Assembly: GCA_943355055.1 (NCBI GenBank)
Contig: CALREA010000003.1
Location: 11,343 to 75,342 of the forward strand
DNA: 64,000 nucleotides
Source: Candidatus Peribacteria bacterium
GTDB taxonomy: Bacteria; Patescibacteriota; Gracilibacteria; UBA1369; UBA12463
Direction: 5' to 3'
The translations under genes were made by a program, and so were the position numbers. A model generated the notes under the pieces. The model worked only from the letters and a program-made list of their open reading frames with translations. It did not search any database and had not been told where the DNA came from. Position 1 is the stretch's first letter; each line of letters starts with the position of its first letter. Shown piece by piece: positions 1 to 9,449 of the stretch.

Positions 1-1263
1 GAAAAGCCGTATTCCGGGAATAAACGCGCTACGAATGACAGCTTGTTACTATCTCAAATTCATTCAAAACTTACTTCGGTTCAAGATACGGATAAGAATT
101 TATTTTTTTTGAAAAAAGATTCAAGCAATATTGTTTCTTATACCGATGCGTCTGAAAAGGTGCCTCTCGTGTTTGATCCAACTGCGCGGTTAAAGAATTT
201 TGTTACTTCTGCCAAGGATCAGTATGCTATTGTTTATGAATTGAACTACGATGTTTTTGATCAGAAACTGATTGATATTCGTAATCGTATGATTGCGCTC
301 GCTGTTTTTGGAATTTTGATTGGCATCGTGTTTTCAATTTTGTTCTCTACTCGTATCGTCGGTCCTATCCGCCAGTTAGTTGATGCGGCTGCGGTATTAT
401 CTAAAGGTGATTACAGTGGACGCGTGACTATTACGACCGGAGATGAGCTGGAGGTGCTTGGGAAGTCGTTCAATACGATGGCGGAGGAGATAGATAAAAA
501 TACTCGATTGGCGTTGTATAAGGAACGTGTTACAAAAGAGCTTGAGCTTGCGGCAAAAATTCAATCTGAGATTCTTCCTAAGAAACTTCCAAATCTTCCG
601 AGCCTCGATATTTCCGCCGGTATTATTCCAGCCGAGGAGGTAGGTGGCGATTGTTATGACTTCCTGGAAGTCGGTGATCGTCGTATGATTTTTTACCTTG
701 GTGATGCCACGGGTCATGGTGTGCCCGCCGGTATTATGGTCTCGGTTGCCAATGCGCTTTTCTACTATTTATCGCATCGCAAAGCGTTGATGGAAATTAT
801 GGTTGAGGCGAATAGTGTTATCAAGGCCAAGACGGCTAGCAATATGTTTATGACGTTAGCCTGCTTAGAGTGGAATGATGACAAGAAGATCTTGCGCTAC
901 GTGAATGCAGGACATGAGCCGCTCTTGATTTATCATGCGAAAGATAAAAAAGCCGAGGAGGTTCGCGGTGGAGGTATGGCCCTGGGTATGCTTCCTGATA
1001 ATTCTAAAGTTTTGAAAGAAATAGTTCTGACGTTTGACATTGGAGATACATTAGTTATCTATAGTGATGGACTTCCAGAGTGCTGGAAGGATGAGAAGGA
1101 GTGTTTTGGCATGGAGCGTCTGACGGCTCTGGTAGCACAACATGGAGGGCTGCCGTCTTCCTTGGCCATTCGTAATGCCATTTTGAGTGAGATCAAACAG
1201 TATGCCGGCACTTACAAACAGATGGATGATATGACGATTATCGTGGTAAAACGTAAATTGTAA
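1..1263 (+). CDS. HAMP-linked PP2C/SpoIIE-family serine phosphatase (RsbU-like); 5' end probably lies outside the window
   Basis: The frame is open from base 1, with no stop before the TTG at 43. A TM segment MIALAVFGILIGIVFSILF is followed by a HAMP-like linker. PP2C/SpoIIE motifs are GGDCYDF, GDATGHGVPAG, NAGHEP and DDMTIIVV. Confidence 0.8.
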   Translation, partial: EKPYSGNKRATNDSLLLSQIHSKLTSVQDTDKNLFFLKKDSSNIVSYTDASEKVPLVFDPTARLKNFVTSAKDQYAIVYELNYDVFDQKLIDIRNRMIALAVFGILIGIVFSILFSTRIVGPIRQLVDAAAVLSKGDYSGRVTITTGDELEVLGKSFNTMAEEIDKNTRLALYKERVTKELELAAKIQSEILPKKLPNLPSLDISAGIIPAEEVGGDCYDFLEVGDRRMIFYLGDATGHGVPAGIMVSVANALFYYLSHRKALMEIMVEANSVIKAKTASNMFMTLACLEWNDDKKILRYVNAGHEPLLIYHAKDKKAEEVRGGGMALGMLPDNSKVLKEIVLTFDIGDTLVIYSDGLPECWKDEKECFGMERLTALVAQHGGLPSSLAIRNAILSEIKQYAGTYKQMDDMTIIVVKRKL

Positions 1264-1267
1264 TTTT

Positions 1268-1813
1268 ATGCCACTTGATGCACCATTTTCGGCTGATGAT
1301 CCTCAGGTTCTTGAGGTTGTTGAGAAGCAGTGTCTTTATGGAACCACGAAAGATGTATTGAAAAATATAGAAAAAAATATTCTCGATATCATCAAGGATG
1401 TGCTGAGGCGTAGACGTCTCGAAGTGGAATATCCTGACAGTATACCTACAATACAACTTATCATTATTGCTCTTGCTCGTCTCAATATGAGATATTTTTC
1501 CGAGAATGATATGAAATTACTCGAAATATTTCGAAGACGTTGTCATATAGAGGTAAGGAATTTTATGGATACGTTTGATTATCATGATACATCCGGATAT
1601 GGAAGAGCCGCTTCAAGTTTACTTGGAGCACTGTATGCCATGAATCCTCCTACGACAAAGAATAACGGTGCAACTGATGTTCGTGGTCAGCCTGATGACA
1701 CTTGGACGAAAGTAATCGGTACGGTATTGGCGACGATGGATTCTATTGAAAGAATAGAGCTATTATCCAAAAAGAAAAATGGAAAAAAATCTGGTAAGGA
1801 AAAGCAAAGTTGA
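1268..1813 (+). CDS. hypothetical protein (181 aa)
   Basis: The ATG lies 4 nt after the phosphatase stop. Amino-acid composition is balanced and no family motif is recognised. The tail is Lys-rich. Confidence 0.5.
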   Translation: MPLDAPFSADDPQVLEVVEKQCLYGTTKDVLKNIEKNILDIIKDVLRRRRLEVEYPDSIPTIQLIIIALARLNMRYFSENDMKLLEIFRRRCHIEVRNFMDTFDYHDTSGYGRAASSLLGALYAMNPPTTKNNGATDVRGQPDDTWTKVIGTVLATMDSIERIELLSKKKNGKKSGKEKQS

Positions 1814-1829
1814 GTTGCTATTCAGCAAT

Positions 1830-3083
1830 CTAGTTCATTCCTGGTACTGGGAATTTCGCACAGACTCCTTTCACTTCTTCCTTGAGTTGAGCTAATTTAA
1901 CCGTATCTTGCCAGTTGTTGATGATGTCATTGATTACCCGTGCCAGCCACTTCATCTCGGGTTCTTTCATGCCGCGCGTGGTGATTGCAGGAGTGCCGAG
2001 ACGGATGCCGGAGGGGTCCATAGGCCCGCGAGGGTCGAAGGGGACGGTGTTCTTGTTGACCGTGATGCCGGCGAGGTCGAGAGCTTCTTGGGCCTGTTTG
2101 CCGGTGACGTTTTTATTGGTCATATCGATGAGCATCAGATGATTGTCGGTGCCTCCGGTCATAATATCGAATCCGAAGTTCATGAGCTCGGCTGCAAGCG
2201 CCTGGGCGTTGAGAATTATTTGCTTGGAGTATTCTTTGAAGGCCGGATCGAGGGCTTCCTTAAATGCTATCGCCTTGGCGGCGATCATGTTCTCGTGGGG
2301 GCCACCCTGAAGTCCCGGGAAGACGGCCCGGTCAATCGCTTTCGCATATTTTTCTTTACACATGATCATCGCACCACGTGGACCTCGCAGAGTTTTGTGC
2401 GTCGTTGTTGTTACTACATCACAGTAGGGGACCGGGTTTTCCAGCACGCCTCCGGCAATAAGTCCGGCGATATGGGCGATGTCAGCCATCAGAATGGCTC
2501 CAACTTCGTCGGCGATCTCTCGAAACTTTTTCCACTCAAGCGAGCGGGAGTAGGCGGAGAATCCTGCGATGATGAGTTTTGGTTTGTGTTCTAGTGCCAA
2601 CGCTCTTACTTTTTCCATGTCAATTCGCTTGGTTTGTTGATCCACTTCATAGGCGACGACTTTGTATGATTTTCCTGAAAAGCTGATTGGTAGGCCGTGG
2701 GTAATGTGTCCACCGTGATCGAGCTTGAGACCCATGATCGTGTCTCCGAAATTCAAGAGTGCGAAATAGGCGGCCGTATTTGCCGGCGATCCTGAGTATG
2801 GCTGAACATTGATATGCTCAGCTCCGAATATTTGCTTGGCTCTATCGATAGCTAAATTTTCCACCACATCAACATATTCCTGTCCCCCGTAGTAACGCTT
2901 GCCAGGATATCCTTCTGAATATTTATTGGTAAAAATCGATCCCATCGCCTCCAACACCGGCTCCGAGACGTAGTTCTCAGAGGGAATAAGCTCCAATCCT
3001 TCGGATTGTCGCCTCTCTTCATTATGAAGCGCTCCATACACTTCCGGATCAAATAACTGCATCTGGGGATGCTGGGTGGACAT
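1830..3083 (-). CDS. glyA: serine hydroxymethyltransferase
   Basis: Full-length SHMT pattern: ELIPSENY, YSEGYPGKRYYGG, and the PLP-lysine region TTTTHKTLRGPRG. Confidence 0.97.
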   Translation of the reverse strand: MSTQHPQMQLFDPEVYGALHNEERRQSEGLELIPSENYVSEPVLEAMGSIFTNKYSEGYPGKRYYGGQEYVDVVENLAIDRAKQIFGAEHINVQPYSGSPANTAAYFALLNFGDTIMGLKLDHGGHITHGLPISFSGKSYKVVAYEVDQQTKRIDMEKVRALALEHKPKLIIAGFSAYSRSLEWKKFREIADEVGAILMADIAHIAGLIAGGVLENPVPYCDVVTTTTHKTLRGPRGAMIMCKEKYAKAIDRAVFPGLQGGPHENMIAAKAIAFKEALDPAFKEYSKQIILNAQALAAELMNFGFDIMTGGTDNHLMLIDMTNKNVTGKQAQEALDLAGITVNKNTVPFDPRGPMDPSGIRLGTPAITTRGMKEPEMKWLARVINDIINNWQDTVKLAQLKEEVKGVCAKFPVPGMN

Positions 3084-3095
3084 AGAGAGAAGAGA

Positions 3096-3656
3096 TTAAG
3101 AAGTATGGTAGGTTTTCTTTTCTGTAATGATGGTGTCGACCGGAGCGTCGTGCTCGTGCCGTGGTACAGCATGCAGGATTTGAAAGTCGTATGCAAGAGC
3201 TATCACTGGACAGCGAAGCTTCTTCAGTAGCCTGTCGTAATACCCGTGTCCGAAGCCGATACGGTTCCCTTTTTTATCGAACGCCACGCCGGGAATAATG
3301 GCGAGGTCTATCTCTTTTGGGTCAATTTTCTCGCAAGAAGCAATGGGCTCGTGGATGTGAAGTGTGTTTGGTTGTGTGTCTTGCCGTGAGGTGACGATTC
3401 GCAGGCTCATTTGTTTGGTTTTGAGCATTTTTGGGAGGGCAATGGTCTTGGCACTACTCCACTCCTCTATAATAAGCCATGTATTTACTTCTTTTTCATG
3501 AGGAATGGGGGCATAGAGCAAAATCTTTTTGGCTCGACGAAAAACCTCCATTTTGGTGAGTTTAGCACATATTAAGCGATCTTTTTCGCTTTTTGCTGTA
3601 TTGCGGTGAAGTTTCCTGCGCAGCCTCACCACCAGCCTGATGGCTTTTTTTACCAT
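3096..3656 (-). CDS. 5-formyltetrahydrofolate cyclo-ligase (MTHFS)
   Basis: C-terminal signature IPGVAFDKKGNRIGFGHGYYDRLL. It lies directly downstream of glyA on the same strand. Confidence 0.85.
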   Translation of the reverse strand: MVKKAIRLVVRLRRKLHRNTAKSEKDRLICAKLTKMEVFRRAKKILLYAPIPHEKEVNTWLIIEEWSSAKTIALPKMLKTKQMSLRIVTSRQDTQPNTLHIHEPIASCEKIDPKEIDLAIIPGVAFDKKGNRIGFGHGYYDRLLKKLRCPVIALAYDFQILHAVPRHEHDAPVDTIITEKKTYHTS

Positions 3657-3766
3657 GACATTTTAATTTAATCACATTTTTTTCTTTTTGTCAGCTTGAA
3701 AAATGTAACGAAAAGTATACCATCTCTGTACCTGTGTATGTTTTTTATTCTCTAATTTTTCATCCT

Positions 3767-5026
3767 ATGCAGCTTGATAGTGCTTCAAAAAAACTCTTGA
3801 CCTATGTTGTCATCCTAGGGCTTCTCTCCGGGTTTGTCGGAGGTTTGGCCGGTAGAAGTTTTGTGAAAAATACCGATGCGCAACCACTTAAAAATATTAC
3901 CGAAGAGAAAAGATATATCGAAGAGTCAGATTATATAAGCGCGATACAGAAGGTCAGTCCTGCCGTAGTATCTGTTATCGAGTCCAAGAATCTCCAGACC
4001 TATTATCAGCAACCAATGATGTTTTTTCAGGGGGATCCATTTTTTAATCAATTTTTCGGACAGCAAGTGCCTCAGCAACAGCAGCAGCAGCAGCAAAGGC
4101 AAAATCAGGGATCGACGAAAAAGCAAAAGGTGGGTGGGGGTAGTGGTTTTATCGTAACAAGTGATGGCTTGGTGATTACGAACAGACATGTCGTACAGGA
4201 TCCTGATGCGGACTATACGGTTGTGCTTAGTGATGGTCGTGAGTTCAAGGCGCAGGTATTGAGTAAAGATACTGCCAATGATCTTGCGGTAATCAAAATT
4301 CTCCCTAAGGACGATTCCGGTAGCGCTAAAGTAAGTTCGTTGCCTGTTGTTGAGTTTGGCGATTCTGATAATTTGAAAGTCGGACAGAGAGTTTTGGCCA
4401 TAGGCAATGCGTTAGGAGAGTATCAGAATACGGTAACGGCAGGCATTATCAGTGCACAGGGAAGGCAGATCACCGCTAATGACGGAAGTGGAATGGCGGA
4501 GACTCTTACCGGCCTTCTTCAAACTGATGCCGCAATTAACCCTGGTAATAGCGGCGGGCCGCTTGTGAATATGCAGGGACAGGTGATTGGTGTAAATGTC
4601 GCTATAGCGGCAAGTGCCAATAATATCGGCTTTGCTATTCCGTTTAATGACGTAAATCCGGTTATCACCAGTGTTCAGAAAACAGGGAAAATCATACGTC
4701 CGTACATTGGAGTACGTTACCAAATGCTTACCGAGGAGCGTGCGAAAGAGCTTGAGCTTTCTGGCGTTACGTATGGTGCCCTTCTTTTGGGAAGCGATGA
4801 AAAAGGCGAGTTTGCCGTTATCCCGGGAGGTCCTGGCGACAAGGCTGGTCTCAAAAAGGGTGATGTGATTCTGGAAGTTGAAGGAAAGAAGCTCGATCAA
4901 AATTTGGCGCTCCAGCAGTCGATTCGTAATAGGAAGCCTGGAGATACGGTGAAGTTGAGGGTCTGGACGAGTGGAAAAACGGTTGAAAAGACACTCACCC
5001 TCGGGGAGTCTCCTAATGCTAAATAG
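3767..5026 (+). CDS. HtrA/DegP-family serine protease with N-terminal membrane anchor and C-terminal PDZ domain
   Basis: Trypsin-like catalytic motifs TNRHVV, NDLAVIK and GNSGGPLVN, plus a PDZ-like GDVILEVEGKKL. The ATG at 3767 (MQLDSASKK..TM helix) is preferred over the GTG at 3734. Confidence 0.9.
   Translation: MQLDSASKKLLTYVVILGLLSGFVGGLAGRSFVKNTDAQPLKNITEEKRYIEESDYISAIQKVSPAVVSVIESKNLQTYYQQPMMFFQGDPFFNQFFGQQVPQQQQQQQQRQNQGSTKKQKVGGGSGFIVTSDGLVITNRHVVQDPDADYTVVLSDGREFKAQVLSKDTANDLAVIKILPKDDSGSAKVSSLPVVEFGDSDNLKVGQRVLAIGNALGEYQNTVTAGIISAQGRQITANDGSGMAETLTGLLQTDAAINPGNSGGPLVNMQGQVIGVNVAIAASANNIGFAIPFNDVNPVITSVQKTGKIIRPYIGVRYQMLTEERAKELELSGVTYGALLLGSDEKGEFAVIPGGPGDKAGLKKGDVILEVEGKKLDQNLALQQSIRNRKPGDTVKLRVWTSGKTVEKTLTLGESPNAK
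4073..4096 (+). repeat. in-frame (CAG/CAA)8 trinucleotide repeat encoding Q8 in the HtrA linker
   Basis: Read directly as CAGCAACAGCAGCAGCAGCAGCAA, in frame with the htrA-like CDS. Confidence 0.95.
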
Positions 5027-5098
5027 GTATTCCTTGGCTTCCGTGAGCTTTCGAAAAAACCCCTTTGAAATTTGTGAGAAATATATTACTCTATGCAC

Positions 5099-5139
5099 GC
5101 GGTCTGACCTAGATTATTATTTTCAAGGCATCAGACCGC
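5099..5139 (+). terminator. possible hairpin terminator after the htrA-like gene
   Basis: A 9-bp stem GCGGTCTGA/TCAGACCGC is followed by TCTTTGTG. The loop is long (about 23 nt), so the element is weak. Confidence 0.3.
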
Positions 5140-5146
5140 TCTTTGT

Positions 5147-5232
5147 GCCGAGGTGGCGAAATGGCAGACGCACTACCTTGAGGTGGTAGCGGGAGCAATC
5201 CTGTAAGGGTTCAAGTCCCTTCCTCGGCACCA
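5147..5232 (+). tRNA. tRNA-Leu(GAG), class II with long variable arm, CCA encoded
   Basis: Acceptor stem GCCGAGG/CCTCGGC. Anticodon stem CTACC/GGTAG with loop TTGAGGT. T-arm GGGTTCAAGTCCC, then ACCA. Confidence 0.93.
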
Positions 5233-5286
5233 TAGACACGCTTGCGTGTCAGATCCTGTTCCCGTTCCCCCCGATTTTGACAACGC

Positions 5287-5362
5287 GGACGATTAGCTCA
5301 GTTGGTAGAGCATCTCGTTTACACCGAGAGGGTCATAGGTTCGAGTCCTATATCGTCCACCA
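5287..5362 (+). tRNA. tRNA-Val(TAC), CCA encoded
   Basis: Acceptor stem GGACGAT/ATCGTCC. D-arm TAGCTCAGTTGGTAGAGC. Anticodon stem TCTCG/CGAGA with loop TTTACAC. T-loop GGTTCGAGTCC. Confidence 0.93.
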
Positions 5363-5632
5363 GCACACCGCAGCAGCGGTGGGATCCCGATTCCGACGTG
5401 CCGGAGATCCCATTCCCGCTTTTGTTTCTAATTTCTACTCCATTCTAGCTTGCGCTTGTTGTCACGGTATTGGTGACTTTTTCACCTACCTTGCCGTCGA
5501 CGTTTACCACCCAGTAACTTATCGTATATGTCGTACTTGATGGAAGATAGCTACCGAGCGATAAAATGTTATTCAGACTATTTTCGAAGTAATCTTTTTT
5601 TGTCAAACTGTCTTTATATTTTTCGAGAAAAG

Positions 5633-5641
5633 TGATATAAT
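5633..5641 (+). promoter_or_regulatory. extended -10 element (TGaTATAAT) upstream of the small membrane-protein gene
   Basis: TGATATAAT was read at 5633-5641, about 27 nt upstream of the ATG at 5668. The -35 is poor (TTTATA). Confidence 0.3.
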
Positions 5642-5667
5642 ATCATGTAGGATTATGACTATGCACT

Positions 5668-5874
5668 ATGTTTAAGAATCACAAAAAGAGGAGCCCTTTT
5701 CTCTATCACCTGATAACTGGTTCTGCCATTATTGCTGCGTGGAGAGGTATATGGGGGTTGCTTGATATATATCTCTTTCCTGGAAATATTGCCTTAAGCT
5801 ATGCCGTCTCGGCGATCATCGGTATCGTTATTTTGCTTATCAATGACTTTTCTATTTCAGAGTTGAGCGATTAA
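5668..5874 (+). CDS. small membrane protein (68 aa, two predicted TM helices)
   Basis: Two hydrophobic segments, LITGSAIIAAWRGIWGLL and LSYAVSAIIGIVILLI. It sits between the two tRNA-Val genes. Confidence 0.5.
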   Translation: MFKNHKKRSPFLYHLITGSAIIAAWRGIWGLLDIYLFPGNIALSYAVSAIIGIVILLINDFSISELSD

Positions 5875-5918
5875 TTTTTTGATGAGTTGCCTGATGGTGC
5901 TATATTGTTTCCATATAA

Positions 5919-5995
5919 GGACGATTAGCTCAGTTGGTTAGAGCGTACGATTCACATTCGTAAGGTCACTGGTTCGAGCCCAGTATCGTCCACCA
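5919..5995 (+). tRNA. tRNA-Val(CAC), CCA encoded
   Basis: Acceptor stem GGACGAT/ATCGTCC, identical to tRNA-Val(TAC). Anticodon stem TACGA/TCGTA with loop TTCACAT. T-loop GGTTCGAGCCC. Confidence 0.93.
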
Positions 5996-6088
5996 GACAC
6001 GCCTTCGGCGTGTCGGATCCCGCTCCTGATTCCGTTTTCTTTCCCGTTTTCTGTAACCTTTTGATATATTCTTCGTATAGTATCTGCT

Positions 6089-6829
6089 ATGAATTCAAAG
6101 AAACTTCTTCACATTTCGTTTGCTGATGATTCTATTATTGTCCCAAAGGACAGTAGGCCTGTGCCATTTGATCATTCATTGGTTTCGAGAGCCATAGGGG
6201 GTTATTTCGATGATCTCATTATCGAATCGTTTCCTGTATATGATGCGGGGAAAACTGTTTTCCCGGATGCGCGTGACTATGCTGGGGTTGTTATCGGCGG
6301 GTCGGCACATTTCGTTCGTGAGGCTGACCAGTTGGTTTGGATGGATGACATTGTGACGTTTATACGAAAAACAGTAGAGGCAAAAATTCCATTATTGGGA
6401 ATTTGCTTTGGTCATCAACTTATTGCGCATGCCTTGGGTGGTATTGTCGGTTCTTTTAGTGACGACCGACGTGATTTTGGTGTAATACAAATGGACAGAA
6501 CGAAATATGCGGAAAAGCACATGCTATTTGAGGGTGTCCCCGAGGTTTTTGATGCCCTGGCTTCTCATGGTGACATTATTCGCAAATTGCCGGTTGGCGC
6601 CCAGGTTCTCGTGAGTAGCGCGGGTTGTGATGTTGAGGCGGTTGAATTTAAACCTACTGTACATGGTGTTCAATTTCATCCCGAATATACGCCTGAAATT
6701 ATGTTGAATTTGGCAAAAGAGAGGATTGTTGATGCGGCTTCGAGGGATCGATTTGCTGCAGGATTATCCAGTGCTCCGTATGCAACTCAAGTGCTGAGGA
6801 ATTTCGTCAAGCACGCCGTCGGCGATTAG
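6089..6829 (+). CDS. class I glutamine amidotransferase (GuaA-N-terminal-like GATase1)
   Basis: Nucleophile elbow LGICFGHQLIAHALGG and the His/Glu region HGVQFHPEYT. Confidence 0.8.
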   Translation: MNSKKLLHISFADDSIIVPKDSRPVPFDHSLVSRAIGGYFDDLIIESFPVYDAGKTVFPDARDYAGVVIGGSAHFVREADQLVWMDDIVTFIRKTVEAKIPLLGICFGHQLIAHALGGIVGSFSDDRRDFGVIQMDRTKYAEKHMLFEGVPEVFDALASHGDIIRKLPVGAQVLVSSAGCDVEAVEFKPTVHGVQFHPEYTPEIMLNLAKERIVDAASRDRFAAGLSSAPYATQVLRNFVKHAVGD

Positions 6830-6833
6830 GTTG

Positions 6834-8153
<1,320 letters not shown>

Positions 8154-8267
8154 CTATAAAAGAATGCCCCTTAAATAACAACTTTTCGATATACTATTAG
8201 TTTAGTTTGCTATTTTTGAAATACCACTTTAGTATTTTGTTACTTTATTATTTCAATATGTTTTATT

Positions 8268-9227
8268 ATGATCCCAACCGACCAGATTCAAGCTCAGCTT
8301 CCTTTTTGTCTTGAGGAAACCGATTTTCCTACACTGGGAGAGAAATATATTGGAAAGGTAAGGGATAATTATACGAGTGGCGATAAACGGTATTTGATTT
8401 CAAGTGATCGTTTGAGCGCGTTTGATCGTGTAATTTGTACAATTCCTTTCAAGGGTCAGGTTTTGACACAGATGGCGAAGTTTTGGTTCGAGCAGACGAA
8501 GGATATAATTGGAAATCATGTTATTTCCTATCCGGATCCTCAGGTGTGCGTTGGAATTCAGTGTACGCCGCTTCCTATTGAGATGGTGGTTCGTGGATAT
8601 ATTACAGGGGTTACCACGACGAGTGCGTGGTATGCGTATGCGAATGGAGTTCGAAATTTCTGTGGAAATGTATTACCGGAGGGTTTGAAAAAAAATCAAA
8701 AGTTCGATGCGCCTATTTTGACGCCCTCTACAAAGGCAGAACATGGTGATCATGATGAGTCGGTTTCGAGAGAGGAAATCCTTAAGCGAACTTCTTTGAC
8801 TCCGGAGCAGTATGATTATATCGCTGATGCTTCTTTGAAATTATACAATCGTGGCGTTGAAATTGCAGCTAAGCAGGGGATTATTCTTGTGGATACAAAA
8901 TATGAATTTGGACTTACTCCTACGGGTGAGATTGTGTTGATTGATGAAATTCACACTCCGGATTCTTCACGTTTCTGGTTCGCTGATGAGTACGAAAAGC
9001 GATTTGCTGCAGGTGAAGAGCAGAAGAAAATTGATAAGGAATATCTCCGTGAGTGGCTAGCTGAGCGAGGATTCACAGGTGATGGAGAGATTCCAGTCAT
9101 TCCTGATGATATTAAAGTTGAGACTGCGCGTCGATATATTGAGGCGTATGAACTCGTCACCGGACAAAAGTTTGAGGCCGAGGTAGGGGATGTCACTGAG
9201 CGTATTAAGAAGAATTTGGGACTGTAG
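8268..9227 (+). CDS. purC: phosphoribosylaminoimidazole-succinocarboxamide (SAICAR) synthase, long form
   Basis: GKVRDNY, SDRLSAFD, LVDTKYEFG and IDEIHTPDSSRFW. Confidence 0.93.
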   Translation: MIPTDQIQAQLPFCLEETDFPTLGEKYIGKVRDNYTSGDKRYLISSDRLSAFDRVICTIPFKGQVLTQMAKFWFEQTKDIIGNHVISYPDPQVCVGIQCTPLPIEMVVRGYITGVTTTSAWYAYANGVRNFCGNVLPEGLKKNQKFDAPILTPSTKAEHGDHDESVSREEILKRTSLTPEQYDYIADASLKLYNRGVEIAAKQGIILVDTKYEFGLTPTGEIVLIDEIHTPDSSRFWFADEYEKRFAAGEEQKKIDKEYLREWLAERGFTGDGEIPVIPDDIKVETARRYIEAYELVTGQKFEAEVGDVTERIKKNLGL

Positions 9228-9449
9228 TTTCCCCATAATTTCTCTTTTTAGGCTACTCTAATTTACCGTCGAAAATGTTGGCATTGTTTGTCGTGTAAGA
9301 ATTTCGGAATCGAATATTGTCTCATATTTCTGTTGTCGCTTTTTACGACATCATCTTTTTTCCTCATCTGTTACTCTTGATTTTGTATCTAGTATTGAAG
9401 TAAGTCTAATAGTGCTTTTCTATTTTTATTTCCAACCCCTACTTCTTTT

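Noticed and set aside
1908-2594. 228-aa plus-strand ORF (and a nested 75-aa ORF) antisense to glyA
   Set aside because: glyA on the minus strand is unambiguous over its full length. The antisense ORF is Gly/Arg/Val-rich and is typical of a stop-poor shadow frame.
5277-5540. 87-aa ORF spanning tRNA-Val(TAC)
   Set aside because: It is read straight through a canonical tRNA cloverleaf and its trailer, so it is a translation artefact.
9334-9350. TGTCG-N7-CGACA inverted repeat about 100 nt upstream of amt, considered as a TnrA/GlnR-type nitrogen operator
   Set aside because: It departs from the TGTNA-N7-TNACA consensus at positions 5 and 13. The half-sites are only 5 bp, so chance occurrence cannot be excluded without comparative data.
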